From: an uncultured Candidatus Saccharibacteria bacterium | GTDB taxonomy: Bacteria > Patescibacteriota > Minisyncoccia > Portnoybacterales > UBA2143 | DNA: 64,000 bases | Assembly (NCBI GenBank): GCA_964594155.1 | Contig: CAZQLH010000001.1 | Location: 74,132-138,131 of the forward strand | Direction of reading: 5' to 3' | In this document: in pieces, positions 1 through 9,395 of the stretch | Layout of the letters: every line of letters starts with the position of its first letter | How positions within the stretch are numbered: position 1 is the first letter of the stretch | Notes under the pieces: generated by a model | Told to the model about the DNA's origin: nothing | Seen by the model: only the letters and a program-made list of their open reading frames with translations | Database searches by the model: none | Position numbers and translations under genes: made by a program

Positions 1-1057
1 AGTTCTTAGCATTAGCAGACATTTTTTGAGATATTTCCAGGTTTTCCAGGATCTTGGAAATTTCATTAAGAAGCATATGCGAGGTTAAATTAGCTTGTTC
101 TAAAACAACGGTTGCGCCAGCTCGGGCATAAGCAAAAGCGTTTTCTCTTTGATGGTCAGAAGCAGCATTAGGTAAAGGGATTAAAATACTTGGTTTGCTG
201 CAAACAGCAATTTCAGAAATACTGCCTGCGCCAGCTCTGGAAATAACGAGGTTAGCTGAAGTATAAGCAGCAGTTATTTGTTGTTCGTCTAAGAAATGAT
301 AAAGATGATATCCGTTTAATTGGCCTGTTTTTTCTTTAATTTGTTCAAAGTTTTTAAAACCGCATTGATGAATAATCTCATATTTTTCTAAAAGCCGGGA
401 AAGAGTTGATAAAATAAGTTCGTTGATTTTCTGCGCTCCCTGACTGCCGCCTAAGATAAAAATAATTGGTTTTTGGCTAGTGACGCCAAAAATATTTTTG
501 GCTTTTTCTTTTTCTCCTAAGTTAGTTAAAGCGCAAGTTTGAATGATTTCTGGACGGATTGGATTGCCTATTAAAGCTGTTTTTTTAGCAGGAAAATATT
601 CTCCAGATGAAGCAAAAGAAATAGCAATTCTTTTGGAAAATTTAGCTGCCAAACGATTAGCTAAACCAGGGACTGTATCTGATTCATGGATTAAAATAGG
701 AATTTGATAAAGCCAGCCCATTAAAACAACTGGCACGCTGCCATAACCTCCTTTGCTGAAAATAGCATCTGGCATCCAAATGTATAAATACCAAAGCGCT
801 TGGAGAAATCCAAATGGCATTTTAAATAAATCAAAAATATTCTTAATAGAAAGATACCGCCTTATTTTCCCAGCTAAAATTATTTTAACTCTAATCCCCT
901 CTTTTTCTAAAACACTTTTAGAAAAATCATCTGGCCCTAAAAAAAACATTTCTAAATTTTCCTCATTTTGAGGATAAATGTTTCTCAATTGTCTAGCAAC
1001 GGCAACTAAAGGAAAAAGATGTCCGCCTGTGCCGCCGCCTGTGAATAATATTCTCAT
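1..1057 (-). CDS. murG: UDP-N-acetylglucosamine--N-acetylmuramyl-(pentapeptide)-PP-undecaprenol GlcNAc transferase MurG; C-terminus cut by the window edge
   Basis: The minus-strand ORF starts MRILFTGGGTGGHLFPL with ATG at 1057-1055, forming an ATGA overlap with the ftsW stop. The G-rich loop GGGTGGH is the MurG/GT28 N-terminal signature. The gene lies directly downstream of ftsW, as in dcw clusters. Confidence 0.9.
   Translation of the reverse strand, partial: MRILFTGGGTGGHLFPLVAVARQLRNIYPQNEENLEMFFLGPDDFSKSVLEKEGIRVKIILAGKIRRYLSIKNIFDLFKMPFGFLQALWYLYIWMPDAIFSKGGYGSVPVVLMGWLYQIPILIHESDTVPGLANRLAAKFSKRIAISFASSGEYFPAKKTALIGNPIRPEIIQTCALTNLGEKEKAKNIFGVTSQKPIIFILGGSQGAQKINELILSTLSRLLEKYEIIHQCGFKNFEQIKEKTGQLNGYHLYHFLDEQQITAAYTSANLVISRAGAGSISEIAVCSKPSILIPLPNAASDHQRENAFAYARAGATVVLEQANLTSHMLLNEISKILENLEISQKMSANAKN
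753..971 (+). other. Spurious ORF antisense to murG
   Basis: Low-complexity translation that fully overlaps the well-supported murG frame. Confidence 0.1.
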
Positions 1058-2160
1058 ATTTTTGTATATTTTGAAATATTAACTAATATTCCTATGCCAA
1101 TCAATGAAACAACTAAAGCTGAGCCGCCATAGCTAATAAAAGGCAAAGGCATGCCAGTTAGAGGTATTAAGCCGGTAATAGCCGCTATATTAATAAACGC
1201 CTGAAGAAACAACCAGCTAGTGATTCCGCCAGCTAATAAATAGCCAAATTTATCAGGAATGTTTTTAGCAATTTTAAGCCCACGACAAGATAAAGCAATG
1301 AAAAGAATTATTAAAATTCCAGCTCCAATTAATCCCAATTCTTCAGCTGTTATAGCAAAAATAGAATCGCCAATTACTTCTGGCAAGTATTTCCATTTTT
1401 GAATACTATGACCAAGCCCTAATCCAAAAAGACCGCCTGAGCCAATAGCTAAAAGAGCCTGATTAATCTGATACCCGATTCCTTGCGGATCTGTTTCTGG
1501 ATGCAAAAAAACAGTTAATCTGCTCATTCGGTAAGAATTTGTTTTTATTAAAACATAAAAGCCAGACATAAGAAGTAATCCTATAAAAGCAAGATGCGAT
1601 ATTCTTATTCCAGCTAAAAAATAAATAGCAATTATAATGAGAATAATAATTCCTAAATCGCTTGTATTGGGCTGAAGAAGAACTAAGAGGCCAATAATGC
1701 CCATAATTATCAAACAAGGAATAATGCTTTTCTTGATAACTTTTTGGGTTTCCCCTTTTTTACTTAGCAAAGCAGATAAGTAAATAATACTGGTTAATTT
1801 AACAATTTCAAATGGCTGAATGGAAAAAGAACCTATAGCAACCCATCGCTTGGCCCCGCCATGGCTATACCCTATTGCTGGAACAAAAACTAAAGATAAA
1901 AGAACTAAGCTGAAAATCATTAAAGGAAAAGCAAATTTCTGCCAAGTTTGGTAATTAACTCTTTGAATAACAAAGAAAAATATTAAACCCAAAGACAATC
2001 CGTAAATCAATTGATGCTTTAAGAAATAGTAATTTTCATTAAAAGTGTCTTGGGAAATAACTACTGAAGCGCTGGAAAGAATAACCAATCCCATAAAGAT
2101 AAGAATAAAAACAATAAAAATAAGGATATAATCAGGTTGATGAGATTTTTTTATTATCAT
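1054..2160 (-). CDS. ftsW: SEDS-family peptidoglycan polymerase FtsW/RodA
   Basis: The 368-aa polytopic membrane protein has SEDS-like motifs (GxxxSRL, PETDPxG-like HPETDPQG). Its position between mraY and murG is typical for ftsW. Confidence 0.85.
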   Translation of the reverse strand: MIIKKSHQPDYILIFIVFILIFMGLVILSSASVVISQDTFNENYYFLKHQLIYGLSLGLIFFFVIQRVNYQTWQKFAFPLMIFSLVLLSLVFVPAIGYSHGGAKRWVAIGSFSIQPFEIVKLTSIIYLSALLSKKGETQKVIKKSIIPCLIIMGIIGLLVLLQPNTSDLGIIILIIIAIYFLAGIRISHLAFIGLLLMSGFYVLIKTNSYRMSRLTVFLHPETDPQGIGYQINQALLAIGSGGLFGLGLGHSIQKWKYLPEVIGDSIFAITAEELGLIGAGILIILFIALSCRGLKIAKNIPDKFGYLLAGGITSWLFLQAFINIAAITGLIPLTGMPLPFISYGGSALVVSLIGIGILVNISKYTKI

Positions 2161-3203
2161 AATATTTTTTCAATAAATATTATAATCAAGCCAATTACAG
2201 CCATTACTCCGTTAATCATCCAAAAACGCATGGTAATCTTTGATTCAGGCCATCCTTTTCCTTCAAAATGATGATGAATAGGCGCAGATAAAAAAACTTT
2301 TTTATTTCTAATCTTTCTAGAGGTTATCTGGATAATTACTGAAAGAGATTCCATAACCGGAATAAAGAAAATAAAGGGCAAAATTAGAAAAGCATTGGTT
2401 AGCATAGCAATAATTCCCAAAGTAATTCCCAAAGACATAGCTCCGGTATCTCCCATAAAAAAACGTGCCGGATAAATATTAAACCATAAAAAAGCCACTA
2501 AAGCGCCGATAATCACTCCGCAAAAAGCAGCTAAATCCATTTTTCCTTGAGCAAAGGCAATTACTCCATAAGAAGCAAAAGCAATTAAAAGTATTCCTCC
2601 GACTAATCCGTCTAATCCGTCTGTTTCATTTGTTGAAAAAGCAGTTGCTACTAAGACAAAAACAAAAATAAGAATATACCACCAGCCAATGTTAAAATCA
2701 CCAATAAAAGGAACATGAATCAAATCCCAGTCCAGTTTATAAAAAAACCACCAAGCGCCAAAAACAGCAATAAAAGCATAGATCAAAAGACGGTGTCTAA
2801 TTTTTAATCCGCCTCCATTAGGCCCTATTTTTAAAATCCCAAGAAGATCATCGCCTAATCCAACCAAAGCTGAAGCTATTAGGGCGCCCAAAGGCAAAAG
2901 GGTTTCCTTGCGAGTTAAAAAGTTGAAATTTTCTAAAATACTTCCTTCGCCTATTTGAGCTAAAAACCAAAAAAGCAAAGTTAGGAATAAAACAGTCCCC
3001 CAAATCAAGATACCGCCCATAGTTGGCGTGCCTTCTTTTTTCTTGTGAAATTTAGCAAAAACAGGCACTCCTTTGGTTCTAATTTGCTTGCCTAAACGGT
3101 ACTTATAGAGAAAATGAGTTAAAACTGGCGTCCAGGCCAAAGCAAAAATAAAGGAAATAGCTGCTAAGCCCAAAACGCGGGAAATGTAAAAAATATCAGG
3201 CAT
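2157..3203 (-). CDS. mraY: Phospho-N-acetylmuramoyl-pentapeptide transferase MraY
   Basis: 348-aa membrane protein with the MraY motifs FFMGDTGAMSLG and HHHFE, placed upstream of ftsW. Confidence 0.9.
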   Translation of the reverse strand: MPDIFYISRVLGLAAISFIFALAWTPVLTHFLYKYRLGKQIRTKGVPVFAKFHKKKEGTPTMGGILIWGTVLFLTLLFWFLAQIGEGSILENFNFLTRKETLLPLGALIASALVGLGDDLLGILKIGPNGGGLKIRHRLLIYAFIAVFGAWWFFYKLDWDLIHVPFIGDFNIGWWYILIFVFVLVATAFSTNETDGLDGLVGGILLIAFASYGVIAFAQGKMDLAAFCGVIIGALVAFLWFNIYPARFFMGDTGAMSLGITLGIIAMLTNAFLILPFIFFIPVMESLSVIIQITSRKIRNKKVFLSAPIHHHFEGKGWPESKITMRFWMINGVMAVIGLIIIFIEKIL

Positions 3204-3204
3204 A

Positions 3205-4128
3205 TTACCAAAGGTATGCTTTTTGAACCCAATTAATTAATCTTTCTGTTTGAAGAAATCTTTCTTGGGCTCCTAAAACAATTGTAATTAAATATTTATT
3301 ATTAGTTTCAATGACCAAGACCAAACATCCTTGAGCTTCTTCAGTATAGCCGGTTTTTCCGCCGACAATATTAGGCAAACGATTCAATAATTCATCAGTA
3401 TTAACCCAATGATGATTAATCTTTCCATCAGCTGAAGATAAATCAATGACTGGCGTTTTCATAATCTGCCAAATAATTGGATGGCTAAAACTATATTCAA
3501 CTAACTGAGCTATATCCTCAACAGTTGAAACATTTCCTGAATCATAGCCGCTTGAATCAATAAAATGAGTATTTTTCAATCTTAGCTTTTCAGCTTTTTG
3601 ATTCATTAGATCAATAAAATTTTTATCTACTTTCTGCTGTGTAATTTCAGCTAAAGATGCTGCTGCATCATTGCTTGATTCCATTAAAAGAGCATAAAGC
3701 AAACTCTTAACTGAAATTTTTTCATCAATCACTAATCCGCCCTTATCCCCATAAGCAGTAATAGCTTCTTTAGAAACAACTGCTATTTCTTCTAAATCTA
3801 TATTCTCAACAACAATTAAAGCGGTCATTAATTTAGTTAAACTAGCGATTGGCAGAACTTGATTAATGTTTTTTTGATAGAGAATTTTATTCTTATCTGG
3901 AATAAAAACTAAAGCTGCTTTTGCTTCAACTTCCGGCTCAGTTATATTCCAATCGCGAATAGGCAAAAAATTAGGATTAGCAAACCACAAGGCTGAAAAC
4001 AAAGAATGTTCCCATTTATTTAATTGAGTTTTTTCTTCTGTAAAAACATCTGAAGAAATCGGTTGCCCAATCAAAAAAGAAAAAGGATTCAAAAAAAGTA
4101 AAATAGTGATTAATGATTTAGCTAACAT
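3205..4128 (-). CDS. Serine-type D-Ala-D-Ala carboxypeptidase (peptidase S11, PBP5-like, short form)
   Basis: Carries the S11 active-site triad motifs SxxK (ASLTKLMT), SxN (ESSNDAA) and KTG (GKTGYT), with an N-terminal signal/anchor. Confidence 0.8.
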   Translation of the reverse strand: MLAKSLITILLFLNPFSFLIGQPISSDVFTEEKTQLNKWEHSLFSALWFANPNFLPIRDWNITEPEVEAKAALVFIPDKNKILYQKNINQVLPIASLTKLMTALIVVENIDLEEIAVVSKEAITAYGDKGGLVIDEKISVKSLLYALLMESSNDAAASLAEITQQKVDKNFIDLMNQKAEKLRLKNTHFIDSSGYDSGNVSTVEDIAQLVEYSFSHPIIWQIMKTPVIDLSSADGKINHHWVNTDELLNRLPNIVGGKTGYTEEAQGCLVLVIETNNKYLITIVLGAQERFLQTERLINWVQKAYLW

Positions 4129-4171
4129 ATAACTTTAAGCAAGTAAGTTGAGGTCCGACCTTATTAATTCG

Positions 4172-5572
4172 TTATTTAACAATCTTTATGCCCAACTCAT
4201 TTAATTGCCCTGAATCAACCTTGCTTGGCGCGCCCATCATTAAATCGCGCCCATCGCCTGTTTTAGGAAAAGCTATTACTTCCCTAATATTTTCTTCATT
4301 TAAAAACATGGCTAATAAACGATCTAATCCCAAGGCAATACCGCCGTGAGGAGGCGCTCCGTATTCAAAAGCTTCTAATAAATGACCGAACTTTTCTTCT
4401 ATTTCTTCTTTAGTTAATCCAACTAATTTAAATATTTTTTCTTGAATGTCTTTTTGATGAATTCTAATGCTTCCTCCAGCTACTTCTACGCCGTTTAATA
4501 CTAAATCATATTGCTGAGAAAGAACCTCTAATGGTTCTGTGTTTAATAAAGGAATATGCTTTTTTTTAGGCGCGGTAAAAATATGATGGCAAGGGTCATG
4601 TCTTTTTTCTTCGTCATTCCATTCAAAAAGAGGAAAATTAACAACCCAAACAAATGCCAACTCATCAGGATCTTTTTTATCTTCTCTTAAATCAGGGCTA
4701 TCAGTGCCATATTTTTCCATTGCCTCTTGATAATCCAATTTTAAAAAGGGTTTAAAAGTAAGTTTTTTAGATAATTTTTCATCAAAAACAACTAATTCTT
4801 GAATGGTTTTAATAATAAGCTTTTCAATTAAATTAATAACTTTTTTCTGATTAACAAAAGACATTTCCACATCTAATTGGGTAAACTCTGGCTGTCTATT
4901 GCCTCTCAAATCTTCATCTCTAAAACACCTGGCAATTTGAAAGTATTTTTCCAAGCCAGCTACCATTAACAATTGCTTTAGTTGCTGAGGAGCTTGCGGC
5001 AAGGCATAGAATTCTCCTTGATGAAAATGAGTTGGCACTAAAAAATCTCTGGCTCCTTCTGGAGTTGATTTAGTTAAAATCGGCGTTTCTACTTCAATAA
5101 ATCCTTTCTTATCCATAAAATCTCTGATTAATTTAATTACTTTGTGCCTAAGAACTAAATTATTTTTCATTTTATGACGCCTTAAATCTAAATAACGATA
5201 TTTTAAACGAACTTCCTCTCCAACTTCCTTATACTCAGCAATTTCAAAAGGAGTTGTTTTAGCTTTATTTAATACTTTTAATTCCTTAACTTCTATTTCT
5301 ACTTGGCCAGTAGAAATTTTATCATTAATCATTCCATTGGGTCTCTTATTAATTTGCCCTATCACTTCAATCACCCATTCATTTCTTAAAGAATTAGCTA
5401 ATTTATAGCAATCTTTGTTATCTGGAGCAAATACTAACTGGATTAATCCTTTTTTATCGCGAAGGTCAATAAAAATAATCTGGCCATGATCTCTGCGCGC
5501 ATGAACCCAGCCAGCTAATCTAACCCTGTCCCCTATTTTTTCAATTGTTTTAACAGATAAAATACGCTTCAT
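4172..5572 (-). CDS. aspS: Aspartyl-tRNA synthetase, bacterial-type sequence but only 466 aa (no GAD insertion domain)
   Basis: N-terminal OB-fold anticodon-binding domain. Motif 2 [24 protein letters not shown] matches the E. coli AspRS [25 protein letters not shown]. Motif 3 [18 protein letters not shown] is present. Confidence 0.85.
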   Translation of the reverse strand: [466 protein letters not shown]

Positions 5573-5617
5573 ATACTTAATATATTACCACTTTCCAATA
5601 CAACAATCAATTGTGAA

Positions 5618-5650
5618 TAAAAAAAAACAGGCGATTTCTCGCGCTGTTTT
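5618..5650 (-). terminator. Rho-independent terminator downstream of tRNA-Lys, bidirectional in form
   Basis: GC-rich hairpin acaggcga-tttc-tcgcgctgt at 5627-5647. On the plus strand it is preceded by an A9 run and followed by TTTT, so on the minus strand the hairpin is followed by T9. Confidence 0.6.
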
Positions 5651-5657
5651 ATATTAG

Positions 5658-5730
5658 TACCCCGTGAGGGAATCGAACCCACGACACATTGGTTAAAAGC
5701 CAACTGCTCTACCGACTGAGCTAACGGGGC
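5658..5730 (-). tRNA. tRNA-Lys (anticodon TTT)
   Basis: The reverse complement reads GCCCCGTTAGCTCAGTCGGTAGAGCAGTTGGCTTTTAACCAATGTGTCGTGGGTTCGATTCCCTCACGGGGTA. It has a D-loop, an anticodon loop CTTTTAA, a TTCGATT T-loop and no encoded CCA. It resembles E. coli tRNA-Lys. Confidence 0.85.
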
Positions 5731-5782
5731 ATATTAATATTTTACCCGAACTTAAAATAAAAATCAAGTTAAAGCACAAACT

Positions 5783-5844
5783 AAGGAACGTCCTTAAAAT
5801 ATACGTCCTTATGCACAAGGACGTATATTTTAAGGACGTTCCTT
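5783..5844. repeat. 62-bp perfect palindrome (28-bp arms, 6-nt loop atgcac); copy 1 of the AAGGAACGTCCTT repeat family
   Basis: The arm aaggaacgtccttaaaatatacgtcctt is followed by atgcac and then by the exact reverse complement of the arm. The element is intergenic between tRNA-Lys and the 5857-6408 gene. Confidence 0.9.
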
Positions 5845-5856
5845 GAGCTTAATAAT

Positions 5857-6408
5857 CTATTTATCTTTATCTAACTTTCTTTTTCTTCGTATTAAAACCA
5901 TTGTTAAAATCGGCAGAAGAATCCAGACAAACTGAGCTTCAGAACCAGTAAGTATTTTTCTGATTGGAGAAGAAAGAGTATCTATTGCTTCTTGTGGCAA
6001 AAAAGAAAGAATAACCATGGCTAATAAACCAACCTGAACAACGCTTAAGGTAAAAAGCTGCAGCCAAGAAGCATACCCTCTTTTCCTAATTCTTAAAGTT
6101 GAGCTTAATACTGAACGAGGAATTAAAAAATAGAATAATAAGATAAGACATAAGAAAATCAAAGTTCTTAAAGAAGATGAGGGTTCCTGTCCGATTCCCA
6201 GCCACCCATAAGAAGTTATTCTTTGCCAAGGAACAGCTTGAACAATAGCTAAGGAAAAATAACTGCCTAAAAGCAAGATTATCATCCGATTGCGGCCAAG
6301 AAAAAAACCATAAACAAGAACCGTAACTAAGAAAATTAAAATAATAAACAAATCCCAGCCTGAAGCTGATCCTATGTGTAAATTAGTTAAAAAATCACGA
6401 AAAGCCAT
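5857..6408 (-). CDS. Hypothetical polytopic membrane protein
   Basis: 183 aa with 4-5 hydrophobic segments and a basic C-terminal tail. Its start overlaps the dnaJ stop (ATGA). No recognisable family motif. Confidence 0.4.
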   Translation of the reverse strand: MAFRDFLTNLHIGSASGWDLFIILIFLVTVLVYGFFLGRNRMIILLLGSYFSLAIVQAVPWQRITSYGWLGIGQEPSSSLRTLIFLCLILLFYFLIPRSVLSSTLRIRKRGYASWLQLFTLSVVQVGLLAMVILSFLPQEAIDTLSSPIRKILTGSEAQFVWILLPILTMVLIRRKRKLDKDK

Positions 6409-7493
6409 TATGTTTTCCCTAGTTCTTTAATAATTTTCTTTTGTTGACGAGATGGTTTCTTAGGAACATTAACTTGAATTTTAACAATTAAACTTCCTTG
6501 TCCTTGTCCATACAATCTTGACATGCCTTTATTCTTTAATTCTATCATTTCTCCGGGTTGAATACCAGCTGGAATTTTTAATTTAACTTTTCCATCTAAT
6601 ATTGGTATTTCTATTTTATCGCCTAAAACTGCTTGGGCAAAGTTAATATTCAGATTAAAAACCAAATCATCTCCTTGTCGTTGAAATTGCTTATGAGGCT
6701 TAACATGAACATTGATAAATAAATCGCCGGCTGGTCCGCCATAAGGCCCTGCTTCTCCCTGATTAGACATTTTCAATGTCTGTCCATTATTAATGCCAGC
6801 TGGAATAGTAATTTTAATCTTGCTGATTTTTTTTATTCTTCCCTGACCGCGACATTCAGGACAAGTTTTCTCTGGCATCTCTCCGCGTCCATGACATTTA
6901 GAACATTGTCTTTGCTGAATAAACATTCCGAACAAACTACTGCTTCTTATTTGCTCATAACCGCTTCCTTGGCAATTAGAGCACTTTTTTAAAGATTTAC
7001 CGCCTTTTCCATCGCATTTTTCACAAACATTCATTTTTTTTAATTCTATCTCTTTTTTAACTCCATGAAAAGCGTCTTCTAAATCTATTTCTGTATCTAT
7101 AATAATATCTTGGCCATATTGAACAGTTTGTCTGGGTCTGGCCCCAAAGCCGAACATTTGTTCAAAAATCCGTCCAAAACCAAGATCTTCAAAAATATCC
7201 TGACCGCCAAAAGCATCGTAAAAAGAACCAAAATCCTGTTGGGAAAATCCCTGGCCAAAAGGCGCTCCTTCAAATACTTGACCATATTGATCATATTGGT
7301 CTTTCTTGTTTTTATCAGAAAGAACGCTATAGGCCTTACTAATTTCTTTAAATTTTTTTTCGTATTCTTTTTTCTTACTTTCAGGAGCCCGATCAGGATG
7401 GTATTTTAAAGCTAATTTTCGATAAGCTTTTTTGATTTCACTCTCTGAAGCGCTGCGAGGAACCCCTAAAACTTCATAATAATCTTTTGCCAT
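6408..7493 (-). CDS. dnaJ: Chaperone DnaJ
   Basis: J-domain with HPD (KYHPDRAP), a G/F-rich linker, four CxxCxGxG zinc-finger repeats and a C-terminal peptide-binding domain. Confidence 0.9.
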   Translation of the reverse strand: MAKDYYEVLGVPRSASESEIKKAYRKLALKYHPDRAPESKKKEYEKKFKEISKAYSVLSDKNKKDQYDQYGQVFEGAPFGQGFSQQDFGSFYDAFGGQDIFEDLGFGRIFEQMFGFGARPRQTVQYGQDIIIDTEIDLEDAFHGVKKEIELKKMNVCEKCDGKGGKSLKKCSNCQGSGYEQIRSSSLFGMFIQQRQCSKCHGRGEMPEKTCPECRGQGRIKKISKIKITIPAGINNGQTLKMSNQGEAGPYGGPAGDLFINVHVKPHKQFQRQGDDLVFNLNINFAQAVLGDKIEIPILDGKVKLKIPAGIQPGEMIELKNKGMSRLYGQGQGSLIVKIQVNVPKKPSRQQKKIIKELGKT

Positions 7494-7507
7494 ATATTAA
7501 TTAAACC

Positions 7508-8260
7508 CTATAACTCTATTACTTCCTTTAAAACTGATCGTTCTTGTATTTTTACCGCTCCTAAAAAAACTAAAATCTTGAAAATCAGCATACTTAATAA
7601 AATAACTAACCACATAAAAGGAACACTGATTGTTTTTATTGCAAAAAAAATACCCAAAGACAAGCCAATTGGAAAATATTCTTTATAGGGCTGACTGCGT
7701 TTATTAATTTCTTGATTCAAAGTTTGATAAATTGCATCCTCAATGCTTTCTTCGCCTAATAAGGAAGTATACGGCTTAACTGCTATATCAAATAAAGGGC
7801 GAGGGATTTCAATTTGGCCTTGTCCTTTAAGAGATAATGGGGAAAAATAATAAGCTGAAGCGATAATTAAAGATAAAGCTGTCAAAATATACGGCAATCC
7901 CCGTTTAAGAATTCTAAATACTTGAATTTTAACTCTAATATTTTTTTCTTCAATTGCGCGCAAAGAACCAAAATAGAAAAGAAGGAAAGCAGTAAAAAGA
8001 ACAGCTAAATATTCCAATTTAAAACTAAAAGAAAGCAAAAAGGAAACCAAAACAACAATTAGGGTAACTAATAATATTGGCTTTGATTCAGCTAACAGCC
8101 AAGCTAAACTTAAAAAGACCACTAAAATTAAAAAGCCCAAGCTTGGCCAAATCCAACTTCCATTTTCAAATAAGATGTTTTTTAACCCAGACCAACTAAC
8201 AGCGGCCACTAAAGTGGCCAAACCTACAATAACTGATTGAGTAACACGATTAGTAGTCAT
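7508..8260 (-). CDS. Hypothetical integral membrane protein
   Basis: 250 aa with multiple TM helices and no diagnostic motif. It lies adjacent to the glycosyltransferase locus. Confidence 0.35.
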   Translation of the reverse strand: MTTNRVTQSVIVGLATLVAAVSWSGLKNILFENGSWIWPSLGFLILVVFLSLAWLLAESKPILLVTLIVVLVSFLLSFSFKLEYLAVLFTAFLLFYFGSLRAIEEKNIRVKIQVFRILKRGLPYILTALSLIIASAYYFSPLSLKGQGQIEIPRPLFDIAVKPYTSLLGEESIEDAIYQTLNQEINKRSQPYKEYFPIGLSLGIFFAIKTISVPFMWLVILLSMLIFKILVFLGAVKIQERSVLKEVIEL

Positions 8261-8279
8261 ATTCTTATTCTACTACAAT

Positions 8280-9395
8280 TTAAACGTATTTCAAAGTTAT
8301 TTTTTCCACAACTTCATTCCAGTTATAGTTTTGCTTGCAGTATTTTTGAATTTTTACGCCTCTTTGATAAGAAGAAGAAGAATTATCTAAGATCAATCTA
8401 AGCTTGTTTTTTAAATCCTTAACACTTTTATTTTTAAAAAAGAAAGGTAAATTGCCAAACATATCTTGATGCGATTGAATTTTTGAAAGTATAAGCGAAT
8501 TTCCAAAACTGCCTGCTTCCATTACTGCTAAAGATAAGCCTTCTTGTTCTGAAGGATTAACAAAAACATAAGCATTGCTAAAAAGTTCTTTTAGAATTTT
8601 CCCTTGTTGAGCTCCCAAGAAAAGGATTTTTGGATTATCTTTAGCTATTTTTTTTAACTCCTTTTCATAATCCTGAGTGTAAAAAGCAGGGCCAACAATA
8701 ACCAATTTCTTTTCTGTATCAATTTTTTTATACGCTTTAATCAAATAATGAAGGCCTTTGTGGCGAATTAAACGGCTAACAGCTAAAATATAATTGTTCT
8801 TTTTCAATCCCCATCTTTTAATGGATTTTGCTGGTATATTTTTTTCTCTATTAACTCCATGTGGGATAAATTTAACAGACTGATTGTATTTTATCTTAAT
8901 ATATTTTTCCAATTCAACAGATACTGGAATAATTTCATCAGCTAAATAACAGCCAATCATTTCCCCTGCTTTTAAAGACAGTTGGGCAAATTTCCCCCAT
9001 TTTTGATGAAAATAATCCTGACAATGAAAAGTAAAAATAACTTTAGTTTGAGGACTGAAAAGCTTAGGTATCCAAAGACATAAAGCTGGACCAACTCCAT
9101 GATAATGAATTACATCAGGTTTAAGCTTAAAAACAGCATGCCAACTAGCTAAAAAAACATGGGTAATGGTGTCTAAATGCTTTGTTCTGATGCTAGGCAA
9201 ATGTATAACATTTACTTTTTTGTGTTTTTTAACTGTTTTTGGCGTATAATATGATCGAGCATAAACAAAAACCTGATATAAAGAGCCAGTCAAATCCATT
9301 TTTTTAACTAAACAACAAGACACCTCCTCAACATGACGCTCTATTCCTCCAAAAAGAGCTGGTATTCCTTTTTGGCCAATCATTGCTATTTTCAT
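8280..9395 (-). CDS. Glycosyltransferase, GT4 family (GT-B fold)
   Basis: 371 aa. The N-terminal Gly-rich loop IGQKGIPALFGGIERH and the C-terminal EGLSLAVMEAGSFG EX7E-like motif are typical of GT4. Confidence 0.7.
   Translation of the reverse strand: MKIAMIGQKGIPALFGGIERHVEEVSCCLVKKMDLTGSLYQVFVYARSYYTPKTVKKHKKVNVIHLPSIRTKHLDTITHVFLASWHAVFKLKPDVIHYHGVGPALCLWIPKLFSPQTKVIFTFHCQDYFHQKWGKFAQLSLKAGEMIGCYLADEIIPVSVELEKYIKIKYNQSVKFIPHGVNREKNIPAKSIKRWGLKKNNYILAVSRLIRHKGLHYLIKAYKKIDTEKKLVIVGPAFYTQDYEKELKKIAKDNPKILFLGAQQGKILKELFSNAYVFVNPSEQEGLSLAVMEAGSFGNSLILSKIQSHQDMFGNLPFFFKNKSVKDLKNKLRLILDNSSSSYQRGVKIQKYCKQNYNWNEVVEKITLKYV

Noticed and set aside
753-971. Short ORFs antisense to or nested in well-supported genes (753-971, 1463-1717, 7097-7294, 7110-7409, 14869-15147, 15426-15638, 15604-15792, 16026-16280, 17505-17735, 20450-20731, 25087-25443, 39646-40041, 62070-62369 and others in the track)
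   Set aside because: Each is fully contained in, or antisense to, a longer ORF with clear family motifs. The translations are low-complexity and lack motifs. They are treated as frame artefacts of AT-rich sequence.
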